From Endomicrobiales bacterium (GTDB lineage: Bacteria; Elusimicrobiota; Endomicrobiia; Endomicrobiales; JAFGGC01), in contig JAFGGC010000025.1 in NCBI GenBank assembly GCA_016930715.1, positions 11,008 through 75,007 on the forward strand: 64,000 nt of DNA, given 5' to 3'. The notes under the pieces are model-generated. The model had not been told where the DNA came from, ran no database searches, and saw only the letters and a program-made list of their open reading frames with translations. Both the position numbers and the translations under genes were made by a program. Below are positions 29,180 through 38,936 of this stretch, piece after piece (the first letter of the stretch is position 1; every line of letters starts with the position of its first letter).

Positions 29180-30340
29180 TTAATTTTCCCTGAAATGCTT
29201 TTTTAAAACCGAGATTATCGCGGCATTCGGCGTATAGTTCTTCGTCCGCCAGAAACCGGCTATTTTTTTCTTTTCTTTCCTCCACGTATCGTAATAGGCC
29301 TCAAAACCCTGCTTCAAACCGCCTCTTCTGATATACGGGCTGTTCGGTATGTACTGGTATATCCCGTCCGGCCACTGCGAATTGGCCACCGCCTTATAGG
29401 TCCAGTAAGTGTAGTCAAACCCGTATTCGTCGCATACACTGAAAAAATCCTTGAGGTACTTGGTCTCGCCGTAATGTCCTCCTCGCCAGTTGATGCCGCA
29501 CTCGCCGAGGAAAAGCGTTATGCCGTTTCTTTTTGAAAACTCATGATACGGTTTTAAATAGCTCCGAATCTTTTTGTAATCCCACGAAACGCCGTCCACC
29601 TTGCCCGGATAGGAAAGAAAAGGCGTGAAATTGTACGTATAGTTCAGGGGCTCGTACGCGTGAAAGCTCACGGAAACGTTTTCGTCCAGAAGGTCCTCGA
29701 GAAATCCTATTTGCTGGGCCCATATGTTGCCTTCAAGATATATCGTGCGCTTCCTGTCGACGGCTCTTATGCGCCTTATTAGCTCGGCGTAGAAAGTTTT
29801 CAAAACGCTTATTTTCCCTTTTTCGAGAATAACAGGCTCGTTTATAAGGTCGTAGCCAATCACGCATTTCCTGCCCGCTACCCTCGATACTATGTAGTCC
29901 CACAGCGCGTACGTCCTCTTCCTGTAATTCTCGTAATTCCAAAGATCGGCCTTGCCCGAACTGTCCGAATGCCAGTCGTGGTTCTGGCACCCGGGCGCCG
30001 CGTGCAGGTCAAGTATCACGTAAAGACCGTGCCTTTCGGCCCAGCAGAGCGCTTTTTCGATATAGGCGAACCCCTCATCGGAATACCTGAAGGGCGCTTT
30101 TTCAATGAGCTTGTGGTTAAAAGGCAGTCTGACGAGGTTCGCGCCCAGTTTCGCGATATTCGAAAAATCCTTCTCCGTTATGAAATTATCCCTGAAAAGC
30201 CCCGAGAACTCCTCCAGGGCCTTCCTGGAATATATCCTTTCAAACCTCTTTTTCAATACCGACTCGGCGATGTTGCCTCCGTGAAGGATATAGCCCTCCA
30301 TGTTCAGCCATCCGCCTAAATTCACGCCCTTATATCGCAT
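29180..30340 (-). CDS. Glycoside hydrolase family 5, no signal peptide
   Basis: GVNLGGWL.E, VRLP, LDLHAAPG.QN, LINEP (acid/base), FHAY, LGECG (nucleophile), WTYK. Confidence 0.88.
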   Translation of the reverse strand: MRYKGVNLGGWLNMEGYILHGGNIAESVLKKRFERIYSRKALEEFSGLFRDNFITEKDFSNIAKLGANLVRLPFNHKLIEKAPFRYSDEGFAYIEKALCWAERHGLYVILDLHAAPGCQNHDWHSDSSGKADLWNYENYRKRTYALWDYIVSRVAGRKCVIGYDLINEPVILEKGKISVLKTFYAELIRRIRAVDRKRTIYLEGNIWAQQIGFLEDLLDENVSVSFHAYEPLNYTYNFTPFLSYPGKVDGVSWDYKKIRSYLKPYHEFSKRNGITLFLGECGINWRGGHYGETKYLKDFFSVCDEYGFDYTYWTYKAVANSQWPDGIYQYIPNSPYIRRGGLKQGFEAYYDTWRKEKKKIAGFWRTKNYTPNAAIISVLKKHFREN

Positions 30341-31219
30341 CTATTTCTCGTAAATGGGAACTCCCGTGAGACTTGTCAGTTCCCTGAACTCCTTTATGAG
30401 TTTAAGCGTCAATTTTCCGGGTCTTCCGTCGCCGATGACGCGCTCGTCCACCCTGACAACCGGAACGACTTCGGCCGCGGTACCGGTCAGGAAGCATTCG
30501 TCGGCCGTATACACGTGATAAGTCGCCAGCATGTCTTCCCTGACAAGAAGCTTAAGCTTGTTCTTGGCAAGTTCCATCACGGCGCCCCTCGTTATTCCTT
30601 CGAGAGCGCCCGCCCAAGTGGGCGGCGTTATCAGCGCGTTCTCCTTAAGGACAAAGAGGTTATCGCCGGTACATTCGGCGATGTAGCCTTCGGCGTTGAG
30701 CATTATGGCTTCCTGCACGCCGGCGCGTTTTGCTTCCATCTTCGCCATGATGTTGTTGAGGTAGTTCAGCGATTTGACGCAAGGGCTCAAGGAGTTCGGC
30801 GTGAACCTCCTCGTGGAAGTCGTTATGAGCTCAAGCCCCTGAGTGTACATTTCCTCGGGATACAGCTTAATCTTGTCGGCAATGATAAAGATCGACGCCT
30901 TGGGACATTTTTCCGGATCAAGTCCGAGGTCGCCGACACCCCTGGTGACGACAAGCCTTATGTAGGCGTCCTTGAGCCTGTTGGCCCTGAGCGTTTCGAT
31001 TATCGCGGCCTCTGTTTCCTTTTTCGACATCGGGACTTCAAGCATTATTCCTTTCGCGGAATTGAACAGCCTGTCCAGATGTTCGCGAAGCCTGAAAACG
31101 CGCCCGTTATACGCGCGAATGCCCTCGAAAACCCCGTCGCCGTATAATAAGCCGTGGTCGAAAACGGATATTCTGGCGTCCTCTTTTTCAACAAGTTTAC
31201 CGTCGATATAAATCTTCAT
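30341..31219 (-). CDS. ilvE: Branched-chain amino acid aminotransferase
   Basis: HGLLYGDGVFEGIRAY, KSLNYLNN, LEGITR, TGTAAEV. Confidence 0.96.
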   Translation of the reverse strand: MKIYIDGKLVEKEDARISVFDHGLLYGDGVFEGIRAYNGRVFRLREHLDRLFNSAKGIMLEVPMSKKETEAAIIETLRANRLKDAYIRLVVTRGVGDLGLDPEKCPKASIFIIADKIKLYPEEMYTQGLELITTSTRRFTPNSLSPCVKSLNYLNNIMAKMEAKRAGVQEAIMLNAEGYIAECTGDNLFVLKENALITPPTWAGALEGITRGAVMELAKNKLKLLVREDMLATYHVYTADECFLTGTAAEVVPVVRVDERVIGDGRPGKLTLKLIKEFRELTSLTGVPIYEK

Positions 31220-31270
31220 TTCAGCACCTCTGTATTTAAATAAGAAAATTTTAAAATAAAAATTTTCTTT

Positions 31271-31347
31271 GATTACAGCGATTACTAAAGGAGATTACAC
31301 AGATTGAATCCTTTGATCGCTGTAATCTTTTTATAATCCGTGTAATC
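31271..31347. repeat. Four-unit GATTAC inverted-repeat element, copy 1
   Basis: GATTACAGCGAT / GATTACACAGATT ... ATCGCTGTAATC / AATCCGTGTAATC. Confidence 0.75.
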
Positions 31348-31379
31348 AAGACCGTTGTGCCGTCAGGGATACAACAGTC

Positions 31380-32042
31380 TTAGTTGACTATTTGTCCGTC
31401 TTTCATTTTCACTATTCTGCCGGCCTTTGCGGCCAGCTCCGCGTTATGCGTCACAAGCATGAGTCCTATTCGTCTTCTGGCGCACTCCTTGAACATTATA
31501 TTCTCCACGATCTCTCCCGTTTCACGGTCAAGGTTTCCAGTGGGTTCGTCTGCAAAAAGCACTTGCGGTTCGTTTATCAGCGCCCTGGCGAGGGCTACCC
31601 GCTGCTGTTCCCCTCCCGAAAGCTCGCTCGGAAAATGCGTCGTCCTGGATTCAAGACCGAGTTCTCCGAGCAGTTCCTTTGCCTTCCGCGTTCTTCCTTC
31701 CCGTTTTTCCCACGCGGGAAGGATAATGTTTTCCCACACCGAAAACTCTGGCAACAGGTAATGGAACTGGAATATGAAACCCAGTTTTTGATTCCTCATG
31801 TCTGAATGGTCCTTTTCCTTGAAAATACTCATATCGTTTCCGTCTATCGTGAGAGTACCGCCGTCCGGCCTGTCCATTAGCCCCAGAATATGCAGAAGCG
31901 TGCTCTTGCCGGCTCCCGAAGGACCAATGATCGCTATGCTTTCCCCGGTCTTGACGGAAAGGTCCACGCCTTTAAGGGCCTTAACCTCCACACCGCTGTC
32001 CGAAAAGTAACTTTTCTCTATGCCTTTTGCCAATATCTCCAT
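31380..32042 (-). CDS. lolD: Lipoprotein-releasing ABC ATPase LolD
   Basis: GPSGAGKST, GFIFQFHYLL, LSGGEQQR, DEPTGNLD. Confidence 0.92.
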   Translation of the reverse strand: MEILAKGIEKSYFSDSGVEVKALKGVDLSVKTGESIAIIGPSGAGKSTLLHILGLMDRPDGGTLTIDGNDMSIFKEKDHSDMRNQKLGFIFQFHYLLPEFSVWENIILPAWEKREGRTRKAKELLGELGLESRTTHFPSELSGGEQQRVALARALINEPQVLFADEPTGNLDRETGEIVENIMFKECARRRIGLMLVTHNAELAAKAGRIVKMKDGQIVN

Positions 32043-32043
32043 A

Positions 32044-33246
32044 TCATCCGTACCTTATCGCCTCGAGCGGGTCAAGTTTGGTCACCTGATACGCGGGATA
32101 GACTGCCGAAACAACCGTAATGATGAGCGCGGCGCCCGCCACCATCGCTATGTCCGCCGGTATTATCCTCACCGGCAGGGTGTCTATGTAATAAACATCG
32201 GCCGGAAGATGGATGAACTGGTATTTCTTGAGCGCAAGGCTCAGACCCAGGCCCAGGAACAGGCCGGAGAATATCCCCGAAAGGCCGATTATCAGCCCCT
32301 CGAAGAGAAATACCCTGGCAATCTTCGCCTTCGCGAAACCCATCGCCGAAAGTATGCCGATATCCCGCGTTTTCTCTATCGTCAGCAATATAAGGTTCGA
32401 TATTATGTTGAATGCCGCGACTATGATTATGAGCGCTAGTATTATGAACATCATTATCTTTTCGAGTTTGAGCGCGGCAAAAAGGCTCCTGTTCATCCTC
32501 TGCCAGGAGCGCACGTAATAAGGAAACATGAGCCGTTCCTGCAGTTTTTTCTCGATTTCAGACGCGTCGTTGAAGTCCTTCAGGGAAACGCCGATCCCCG
32601 TGACCGCCTCTCCCAGCGAGAATATCTTTCTGCCGCTGGAAAGGTTCACGTAAGCGAGATTGGCGTCGTATTCGTACATCCCGGAACGGAATATGCCCGA
32701 AACCGTAAGCTTTTCCATCCTGGGAACGGCAGCGCTCGGTCCCGGCGCCATTACGATTATCTCGGAACCCGTTATGGCCCCGAGGTTCGCCGCGAGCTCG
32801 TTGCCTAAAAGTATTTCCTTGTCAGCCGGGCCCTGTTTCTTTCCGTCGATTATCCTTGAGTTCAGCCCGACCACTTCGTTCTCGCCGGCCGGGTCTACAC
32901 CTTTAAGCACGACTCCCGATGTCAGGCGGTTGTTCCTCAAAACGGCCTGCCCGTAGACGAAAGGCGAAGAGGCTCTGACCTGTTTCTCGGCGGATACAGT
33001 TTCACGGACCTTTGAATGTTCAGCGAAAGGCGACGATGCTTCTTTCAATATTATCAGGTGCGGCTGTATGCCGAGTATTTTTTCCTTGATATCCCTGTGG
33101 AAACCGCTCATCACTGCAAGCGTTATCACGAGTGCCGCCACGCCAAGCGTCGTGCCTCCGACCGCAATTACGGTGGTGAGGAGCGTGAAAACACCTTTCC
33201 TTCGCGCTTTCAGGTAACGCAATGCTATGAAAAGCTCAATCGGCAT
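32044..33246 (-). CDS. lolE: Lipoprotein-releasing permease LolC/E
   Basis: IALRYL, AVMSGF, AALKLEK, VYYID.LP, LDPLEAIRYG. Confidence 0.9.
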   Translation of the reverse strand: MPIELFIALRYLKARRKGVFTLLTTVIAVGGTTLGVAALVITLAVMSGFHRDIKEKILGIQPHLIILKEASSPFAEHSKVRETVSAEKQVRASSPFVYGQAVLRNNRLTSGVVLKGVDPAGENEVVGLNSRIIDGKKQGPADKEILLGNELAANLGAITGSEIIVMAPGPSAAVPRMEKLTVSGIFRSGMYEYDANLAYVNLSSGRKIFSLGEAVTGIGVSLKDFNDASEIEKKLQERLMFPYYVRSWQRMNRSLFAALKLEKIMMFIILALIIIVAAFNIISNLILLTIEKTRDIGILSAMGFAKAKIARVFLFEGLIIGLSGIFSGLFLGLGLSLALKKYQFIHLPADVYYIDTLPVRIIPADIAMVAGAALIITVVSAVYPAYQVTKLDPLEAIRYG

Positions 33247-33248
33247 GA

Positions 33249-34709
33249 TTATTTATCTTCCGGCCTCAATACCGGGAAAAGAATTACTTCTCTTATGGAA
33301 TCCGTCGACGTCAGGACCATCGCGAGCCTGTCTATCCCGATGCCCAACCCTCCCGTAGGAGGAAGACCGTGTTCAAGGGCAACAACAAAATCTTCATCGT
33401 ACGGCTGGGCCTCGTCATCGCCCTTTTTCCTTGCTTCGACCTGCTCGAGGAACCTTTTCCTCTGCTCCTGCGGGTCGTTGAGCTCTGAATAGGCGTTGGC
33501 GACCTCCATCCCCTTGATGTAAAGCTCGAAACGTTCCGCTATTTCCGGCGCTTCGGGGCTGGATTTGGCAAGCGGCGAAAAGACCGAGGGGTAGTCCGTC
33601 ACGAACGTCGGTTCGGCAAGCTTCGGCACCACGTACGTATCGAACATCTGGTCGATTATCTTCTTGTCCGAAGCGTCCTTCGGGACATCCAGTTTCCTCT
33701 TCTTCGCGTATCCGGATATCTCGCCATCGAAAAATATTTTTTTCACGTCGTCGCCCGCCGCTTTGTTCAGCAGGTCGAACAGCTTCTCTCGCTTGAACGG
33801 ACGCTTGACTTCAACGCCGAGCCTGCCGGCGCAATTAACTATAAGCGCCTCGCAGAGGTCCATCATCTCGTTATATCCGGCGTAGGCCTGGTACAGCTCC
33901 AGCATCGTGAATTCCGGATTGTGGTTCCTGTCTATTCCCTCGTTCCTGAAATTCCTGCCTATCTCATACACCTTTTCAAGCCCGCCCGCTACGAGGCGTT
34001 TCAGGTACAGTTCCGGCGCTATCCTAAGGAAAAGGTCCATGTCGAGCGTGTTGTGGTGCGTTATGAACGGTTTTGCCGCGGCGCCGCCCGCGAGCGTCTG
34101 CATCATCGGGGTTTCCACTTCAAGGAAACCCTTCGCGTCGAGTTCCTGCCTCAGCGACGATATGATCCTTCCCCTCTTGACGAAAACCTCCCTGACTTCC
34201 GGGTTAGACATGAGGTCCAGGTAGCGCTGGCGGTACCTCGTCTCGACGTCTTTAAGCCCGTGCCATTTCTCCGGAAGAGGCCTCAGGGCCTTCGACAGAA
34301 AAACCCATTTCTCGGCCTTGACGCTCAGCTCTCCCGTCCTCGTCCTGAAGGGGACGCCGCTGACACCTACGAAATCCGCTATGTCCACAAGCTCTTTGAA
34401 AACCCTGAACGAGTCCTGGCCTATTTCGTCCGACTTGAAGTACACCTGTATCCTGCCGGTGAAATCCGAAATATCTGCGAAAGTGGCCTTGCCCATCTCG
34501 CGCCTTGAGATTATGCGCCCGGCAATGGAAATCCTTTCCTCCGACATCTGTCCCGTTTCAAGAGAAGCGTATTTCTTCAACGCCTCGCCTATGCCGGTCG
34601 ATGCCTCGTACCCGGCCGGATAGGGGTTTATTCCGGCGTCCCTCATTTTCTGCAGTTTCTCTTTCCTTATTTCGATAATTTGTTCTATCGGTGTCGTCGT
34701 TTCGCTCAT
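33249..34709 (-). CDS. lysS: Lysine--tRNA ligase (class II)
   Basis: [47 protein letters not shown]. Confidence 0.97.
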   Translation of the reverse strand: MSETTTPIEQIIEIRKEKLQKMRDAGINPYPAGYEASTGIGEALKKYASLETGQMSEERISIAGRIISRREMGKATFADISDFTGRIQVYFKSDEIGQDSFRVFKELVDIADFVGVSGVPFRTRTGELSVKAEKWVFLSKALRPLPEKWHGLKDVETRYRQRYLDLMSNPEVREVFVKRGRIISSLRQELDAKGFLEVETPMMQTLAGGAAAKPFITHHNTLDMDLFLRIAPELYLKRLVAGGLEKVYEIGRNFRNEGIDRNHNPEFTMLELYQAYAGYNEMMDLCEALIVNCAGRLGVEVKRPFKREKLFDLLNKAAGDDVKKIFFDGEISGYAKKRKLDVPKDASDKKIIDQMFDTYVVPKLAEPTFVTDYPSVFSPLAKSSPEAPEIAERFELYIKGMEVANAYSELNDPQEQRKRFLEQVEARKKGDDEAQPYDEDFVVALEHGLPPTGGLGIGIDRLAMVLTSTDSIREVILFPVLRPEDK

Positions 34710-34710
34710 T

Positions 34711-35094
34711 TTATTTCTTCAGCAATTGATTTACCTTGTCCCTCAACAGCTTGGGGTCGAAAGGTTTTTCCACGTATTCCACGACATTCTTTGCCATTCC
34801 GAAGAGGTCCTTCATCTGGCCCTTGGCGGTCAGTATAAGCACCGGTATACCGCTGGTCGATTCGTTTTCCATCAGCTTCGTCTGCACGCTGTATCCGTCA
34901 ATCTCCGGCATCATTATGTCAAGTATGATGAGGTCGGGCTTTTCCGGCGGCAGGTGATATTCAAGAAGCCCGATCTTTTCAAGGGCCTCGCGCCCGTTGA
35001 AAGCCTGTATTACCTGGTAGCCCTCTTTCGAAAGTATGAATGTTACAAGTTCTACCACGTCGTTTTCATCATCCACAATCATTACTTTAGGCAT
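34711..35094 (-). CDS. Stand-alone response-regulator receiver
   Basis: [21 protein letters not shown]. Confidence 0.9.
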   Translation of the reverse strand: MPKVMIVDDENDVVELVTFILSKEGYQVIQAFNGREALEKIGLLEYHLPPEKPDLIILDIMMPEIDGYSVQTKLMENESTSGIPVLILTAKGQMKDLFGMAKNVVEYVEKPFDPKLLRDKVNQLLKK

Positions 35095-35172
35095 AGCCCA
35101 CCTCTTTTAATTCGGTCCCGCCCGGCATAGCAGGCGAAATCACAGGGTCAGACTTATTGAAAAATCAATGAA

Positions 35173-35201
35173 ATTATAGCGGTTTTTCGGTATTTTGTCA
35201 A
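35173..35201 (-). promoter_or_regulatory. Perfect-consensus sigma70 promoter for the receiver-lysS-lolED unit
   Basis: TTGACA(35201-35196)-N17-TATAAT(35178-35173). Confidence 0.75.
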
Positions 35202-35251
35202 ACAGAGAAAGGTCTTTGAAACGCTCTTTTTCTAGCTTGGCGCCTGTGGGC

Positions 35252-36295
35252 CTATTCTACATAAGTTTTCAGCCACTCGCTACGGTCCTTCATCATATAA
35301 TCGTAGATCTTCCGCCCGATGATTCTGTGTCCTCTTTCTGAAGGGTGAATATGGTCTGCAGGAGACTTACGCCAGGACACATCGTCGATATTTTCAAAAC
35401 TGCCGTGCAAATCAACGAACGTAATACCCTTGCTTCCAAGAAGATCCTTCATACTTTCATACTGTGATTTTTCTGTATCATCATATTTGCTTTTGAGATA
35501 CGGAAGGATGACGGCCAGCATTGGTATCCTTTTTTCTTCTGTCAACGTCATAATTTTTTCGAGCGCCAGGTTTGCTATTTTTCTATCGTCGCCGTTTTCC
35601 ACCTCCTGATCCTTCAATGAACACCGCGCAAGGGCGAAGACGATGTACCTGTACGCATTTGAGTGGAAAAAAAGCGTCTTATTCAATTTCACAGCCGGAT
35701 CCTTCTCTTTCCTGAATGAGAAGGGATTCCGGTAAACAATAAATTCTCCGTCCTCTCCCATGGAAACTACCGGCATAAGCATAAAATCATTAAGACAAAA
35801 CCCTATCATTACCATATCAGGATGAAACGCAAGAGCCTTGTCCCTGAGAAGATAGTAATACTGCATCACTGAATAACCCCCGACACCGCAGTTCCAGACT
35901 TCGAATCTTTTCGGAAGACCGGATTCGTTAAGCAGTTTTTCCAGGTGTTTCGCGTACCATCCTTGTTCCGTTACTGAGTCGCCGAGAACAACTATGCGAT
36001 ATGTATTTTTACCTTTTTCAAGCGGATATTCCTTGTCGACTAAACCACGTGAATTCACCCTGTGACCGGCATCGTTTTCTGAATAGTGGTCCGGGTCGTA
36101 TTCCCACCCCAAGAATATGTTTTCCGAAACCCTAAATCTCTGCAAAGGGATATCATTCAACCCGTGATGGAATGTCCTTTGTAGCCGAGCCATACCCGTC
36201 CATCTCAAGAAAAGTTCGAAACTGACGAGAATCAGAAATAACGTGCAAATTCCGACGATACAGATCTTTATCAGCAGAAATGCAGTTTTCCCCAT
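35252..36295 (-). CDS. Membrane-anchored SGNH/GDSL hydrolase
   Basis: N-terminal TM, blocks LGDSV, NCGVGGY, GFCLND, DHIHP. Confidence 0.88.
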   Translation of the reverse strand: MGKTAFLLIKICIVGICTLFLILVSFELFLRWTGMARLQRTFHHGLNDIPLQRFRVSENIFLGWEYDPDHYSENDAGHRVNSRGLVDKEYPLEKGKNTYRIVVLGDSVTEQGWYAKHLEKLLNESGLPKRFEVWNCGVGGYSVMQYYYLLRDKALAFHPDMVMIGFCLNDFMLMPVVSMGEDGEFIVYRNPFSFRKEKDPAVKLNKTLFFHSNAYRYIVFALARCSLKDQEVENGDDRKIANLALEKIMTLTEEKRIPMLAVILPYLKSKYDDTEKSQYESMKDLLGSKGITFVDLHGSFENIDDVSWRKSPADHIHPSERGHRIIGRKIYDYMMKDRSEWLKTYVE

Positions 36296-36313
36296 AGGTT
36301 ATTGAGAGTTTTT

Positions 36314-37403
36314 TTAAGAGATTCTCTTAGCGATTTTCCATTCAAGAAAGGCCGATATGAACGGGTCGATTTCGCCGTCCATCACGTTGTCTACCTGCGG
36401 GATTTCCCTGCCTGTCCTGTGGTCCTTCACGAGCTGATACGGCATGAAGACGTAAGAGCGTATCTGGTTGCCCCAGGCGATATCGCCTTTCTCGTCGTAA
36501 TGCTTTTCTATCGCCTTGCGTTTCTTCTCCTGCTCAAGCTCATAGAGCTTCACCTTCAGGAGCTTCATTGCGGTGACCCTGTTCTTGAGCTGGGACCTCT
36601 CGCTCTGCGACTGTGTCACTATCCCCGTGGGAAGATGGGTTATCCTGACCGCCGAATCCGTCTTGTTTATGTACTGCCCACCGTGACCCGAGGCCCTGTA
36701 GGTGTCGATCCTGAGGTCCTTGTCCTCTATCTTTATCTCTATGTCGTCGTCAAGTTCAGGCAGCACGTCGACAGATGAAAATGAAGTGTGCCTTCTTTTG
36801 TTGGCGTCAAACGGCGATATCCTCACAAGCCTGTGCACGCCCAGTTCCGACTGCAGGAAGCCGTACGCGTACTCCCCCTTGATTATGAAGGTCACGCTCT
36901 TTACGCCCGCTTCCTCCCCTGAAAGTATATCGACAATCTCGGACTTGAAGCCCTTTTTTTCAGCCCACCTCGTGTACATGCGCAGCAGCATCTCGGCCCA
37001 GTCGCACGACTCCGTGCCGCCCGCCCCGGCGTGTATGGCCACGATCGCGTTCCTCGCGTCGTGTTCTCCAGAAAGCTTTGTTTCTATTTCAAGGTTCTGT
37101 ATTTCCCTGGCAAGCGCGGCTTCGGCTTTTTCGATGTCGGACGCCACGCTGTCGTCCCGTTCCTGTTTCGCTATTTCCTTCAATTCCCTGATATCGGAAA
37201 GCTCCTTGTCCATCTTTTCCCAAAGGCCGACCGTTTTCTTGAGATGATTTAGCTTGGTCATCGTCTTCTTGGCGTTCGCGTTGTTGTTCCAGAACTCCGG
37301 CGCCGAAGCCTCTTTCTCAAGAAGTTCCGCTTCTTTCTTTTTCTTTTCTATTTCAAAGAGACCTCCGCAAAAATTCGATCTTTTCCTTCATTTCGTCCGT
37401 CAT
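36314..37403 (-). CDS. prfB: Peptide chain release factor 2 with programmed +1 frameshift
   Basis: ATG 37403 gives MTDEMKEKIEFLRRSL, then CTT TGA A (37358-37352) preceded by internal SD GGAGG. The +1 frame continues EIEKK...FWNN...SPF...GGQ. Confidence 0.95.
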
Positions 37404-38917
37404 TTTTTCCTCCGGTAAAATGGAGCGACAATACTGGCCGCTCCGATTAACACGGTGAATATTATACATAATATTGCGAAAATATCCCCGTGTTTGGCGT
37501 AAAAGGTAATCGTTTTTGAAAGTGGAAGCGTTTCGGTGAAATACTTTCTATCAAAAAGCCCGGTTGTTCTTGCCGTGCTTCCGTCCGGGAACACCACTCC
37601 CGAAACACCGGTGTTGGCGCTCACGGCGACGGCGCGCCTGTTTTCCACGGCCCGGAAAACGTTCATTATGAAATGCTGCTGCGCCGCAGAAGTTTTAAAG
37701 TACCAGGCGTCGTTCGTCTGGTTAGTCAGCAACTCGGCACCGTTCAGGACAAGTCTCCGCGAAATCGACCCGAAAAAATTCTCCGAACATATCGTTGCGC
37801 CTATGACGGCGTTTCGCGCTTCCAGTGGCGCGAACTCCGCGCCTCTTTTGAAATCTCCCAGCGTGTTCAGTATCCCGAAATACGGCTCAAGATACTTCCT
37901 GAAAGGCACGTACTCTCCGAACGGTACTAGATGGGTTTTGACGTGCGTGGCTGACAATTTTCCATCCGGCGTGAAAAGGAAAGCCGCGTTAGCAGAATCC
38001 CCGCCTTCTTCGTAATAAGGCGCGCCGACAAGGTTGAAAGCCTTCGTCCCGCGTGACAGCGATTTCACCCATTCGAAAAGATCGCTTCTCCACGGTATGT
38101 AGCCCGGCAGAGCGGTTTCAGGCCATATTATCAGGTCCGGTTTTTCCGCCGCCGCCTTGACAGAGAGCTCCTCGTAAGTGTCCAATATCTCGCTTTCATA
38201 CGCATTATCAAACTTCTTGTACTGGTCGATACTGCCCTGAAGCACCGAAACCCTGATGCTATCGGCTTGCGTGCGGGAATTGTTTTTCATCAAAACGAAA
38301 CCGGCCGCGTAGACCGCCAGAATTATCCCCAACAGAGGAACAACCTTCGGGGTCCTTCTTTTTTCAATGAGCTTGACAAACACGGCATAATTGAATAGTA
38401 CCAGGACAAACGACACGCCGTATACGCCCGCATACTCGCTTATCTGAATCACTGGCAGATTGTTCCACTGCGAATATCCCGCCAGCGCCCAGGGAAAACC
38501 CGTCAAGGCGTACGTCCTGGCGTATTCAACAGCCACCCAGCCTGCCGACGCGAACAGCGCGCCCGATACAGCGTTTGAAAACCTGAAATACGACGTTAAA
38601 AAAGCCCACAAGCCGAAGTACAAAGCGAGATATGAACACATTACGAGAAGACATACCAATGCCTGGAGCTTCGATCCGGTGTTGAAATCGATAAGCGGAA
38701 ATATCCAGTACATTATGCCGGCGTAGGCAAAAATCCCGTAAAAAAAACTCCATAGAGCCGAATCCAGGGGTTTCGACCGGAGGACCACCGATATAAGCGG
38801 CACCAAAGAGAACCACGCCAGGACCGAATAGCCGGCTTTCGGGAACGAAAGGACGTAGCCGGCCGCGCCGGCCGCCAGAAAAAGCGCTTTGATAATCACG
38901 GGATTTTTTTTGAGCAT
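37400..38917 (-). CDS. lnt: Apolipoprotein N-acyltransferase
   Basis: TGFPW, WPETA, KTHLVPFGEY, ICSE, TNDAWY, RAVEN, NTGVS. Confidence 0.95.
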   Translation of the reverse strand: MLKKNPVIIKALFLAAGAAGYVLSFPKAGYSVLAWFSLVPLISVVLRSKPLDSALWSFFYGIFAYAGIMYWIFPLIDFNTGSKLQALVCLLVMCSYLALYFGLWAFLTSYFRFSNAVSGALFASAGWVAVEYARTYALTGFPWALAGYSQWNNLPVIQISEYAGVYGVSFVLVLFNYAVFVKLIEKRRTPKVVPLLGIILAVYAAGFVLMKNNSRTQADSIRVSVLQGSIDQYKKFDNAYESEILDTYEELSVKAAAEKPDLIIWPETALPGYIPWRSDLFEWVKSLSRGTKAFNLVGAPYYEEGGDSANAAFLFTPDGKLSATHVKTHLVPFGEYVPFRKYLEPYFGILNTLGDFKRGAEFAPLEARNAVIGATICSENFFGSISRRLVLNGAELLTNQTNDAWYFKTSAAQQHFIMNVFRAVENRRAVAVSANTGVSGVVFPDGSTARTTGLFDRKYFTETLPLSKTITFYAKHGDIFAILCIIFTVLIGAASIVAPFYRRKK

Positions 38918-38936
38918 CAGGATATCTGCGTACGGC

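Noticed and set aside
31271-31347. GATTAC repeats as a mini CRISPR array
   Set aside because: Units are 12-13 bp and half are inverted, spacers are about 10 bp, and there are no cas genes.
36314-37403. prfB as a truncated gene or pseudogene (ORF track starts at 37261)
   Set aside because: Explained by the standard programmed +1 frameshift with an internal SD.
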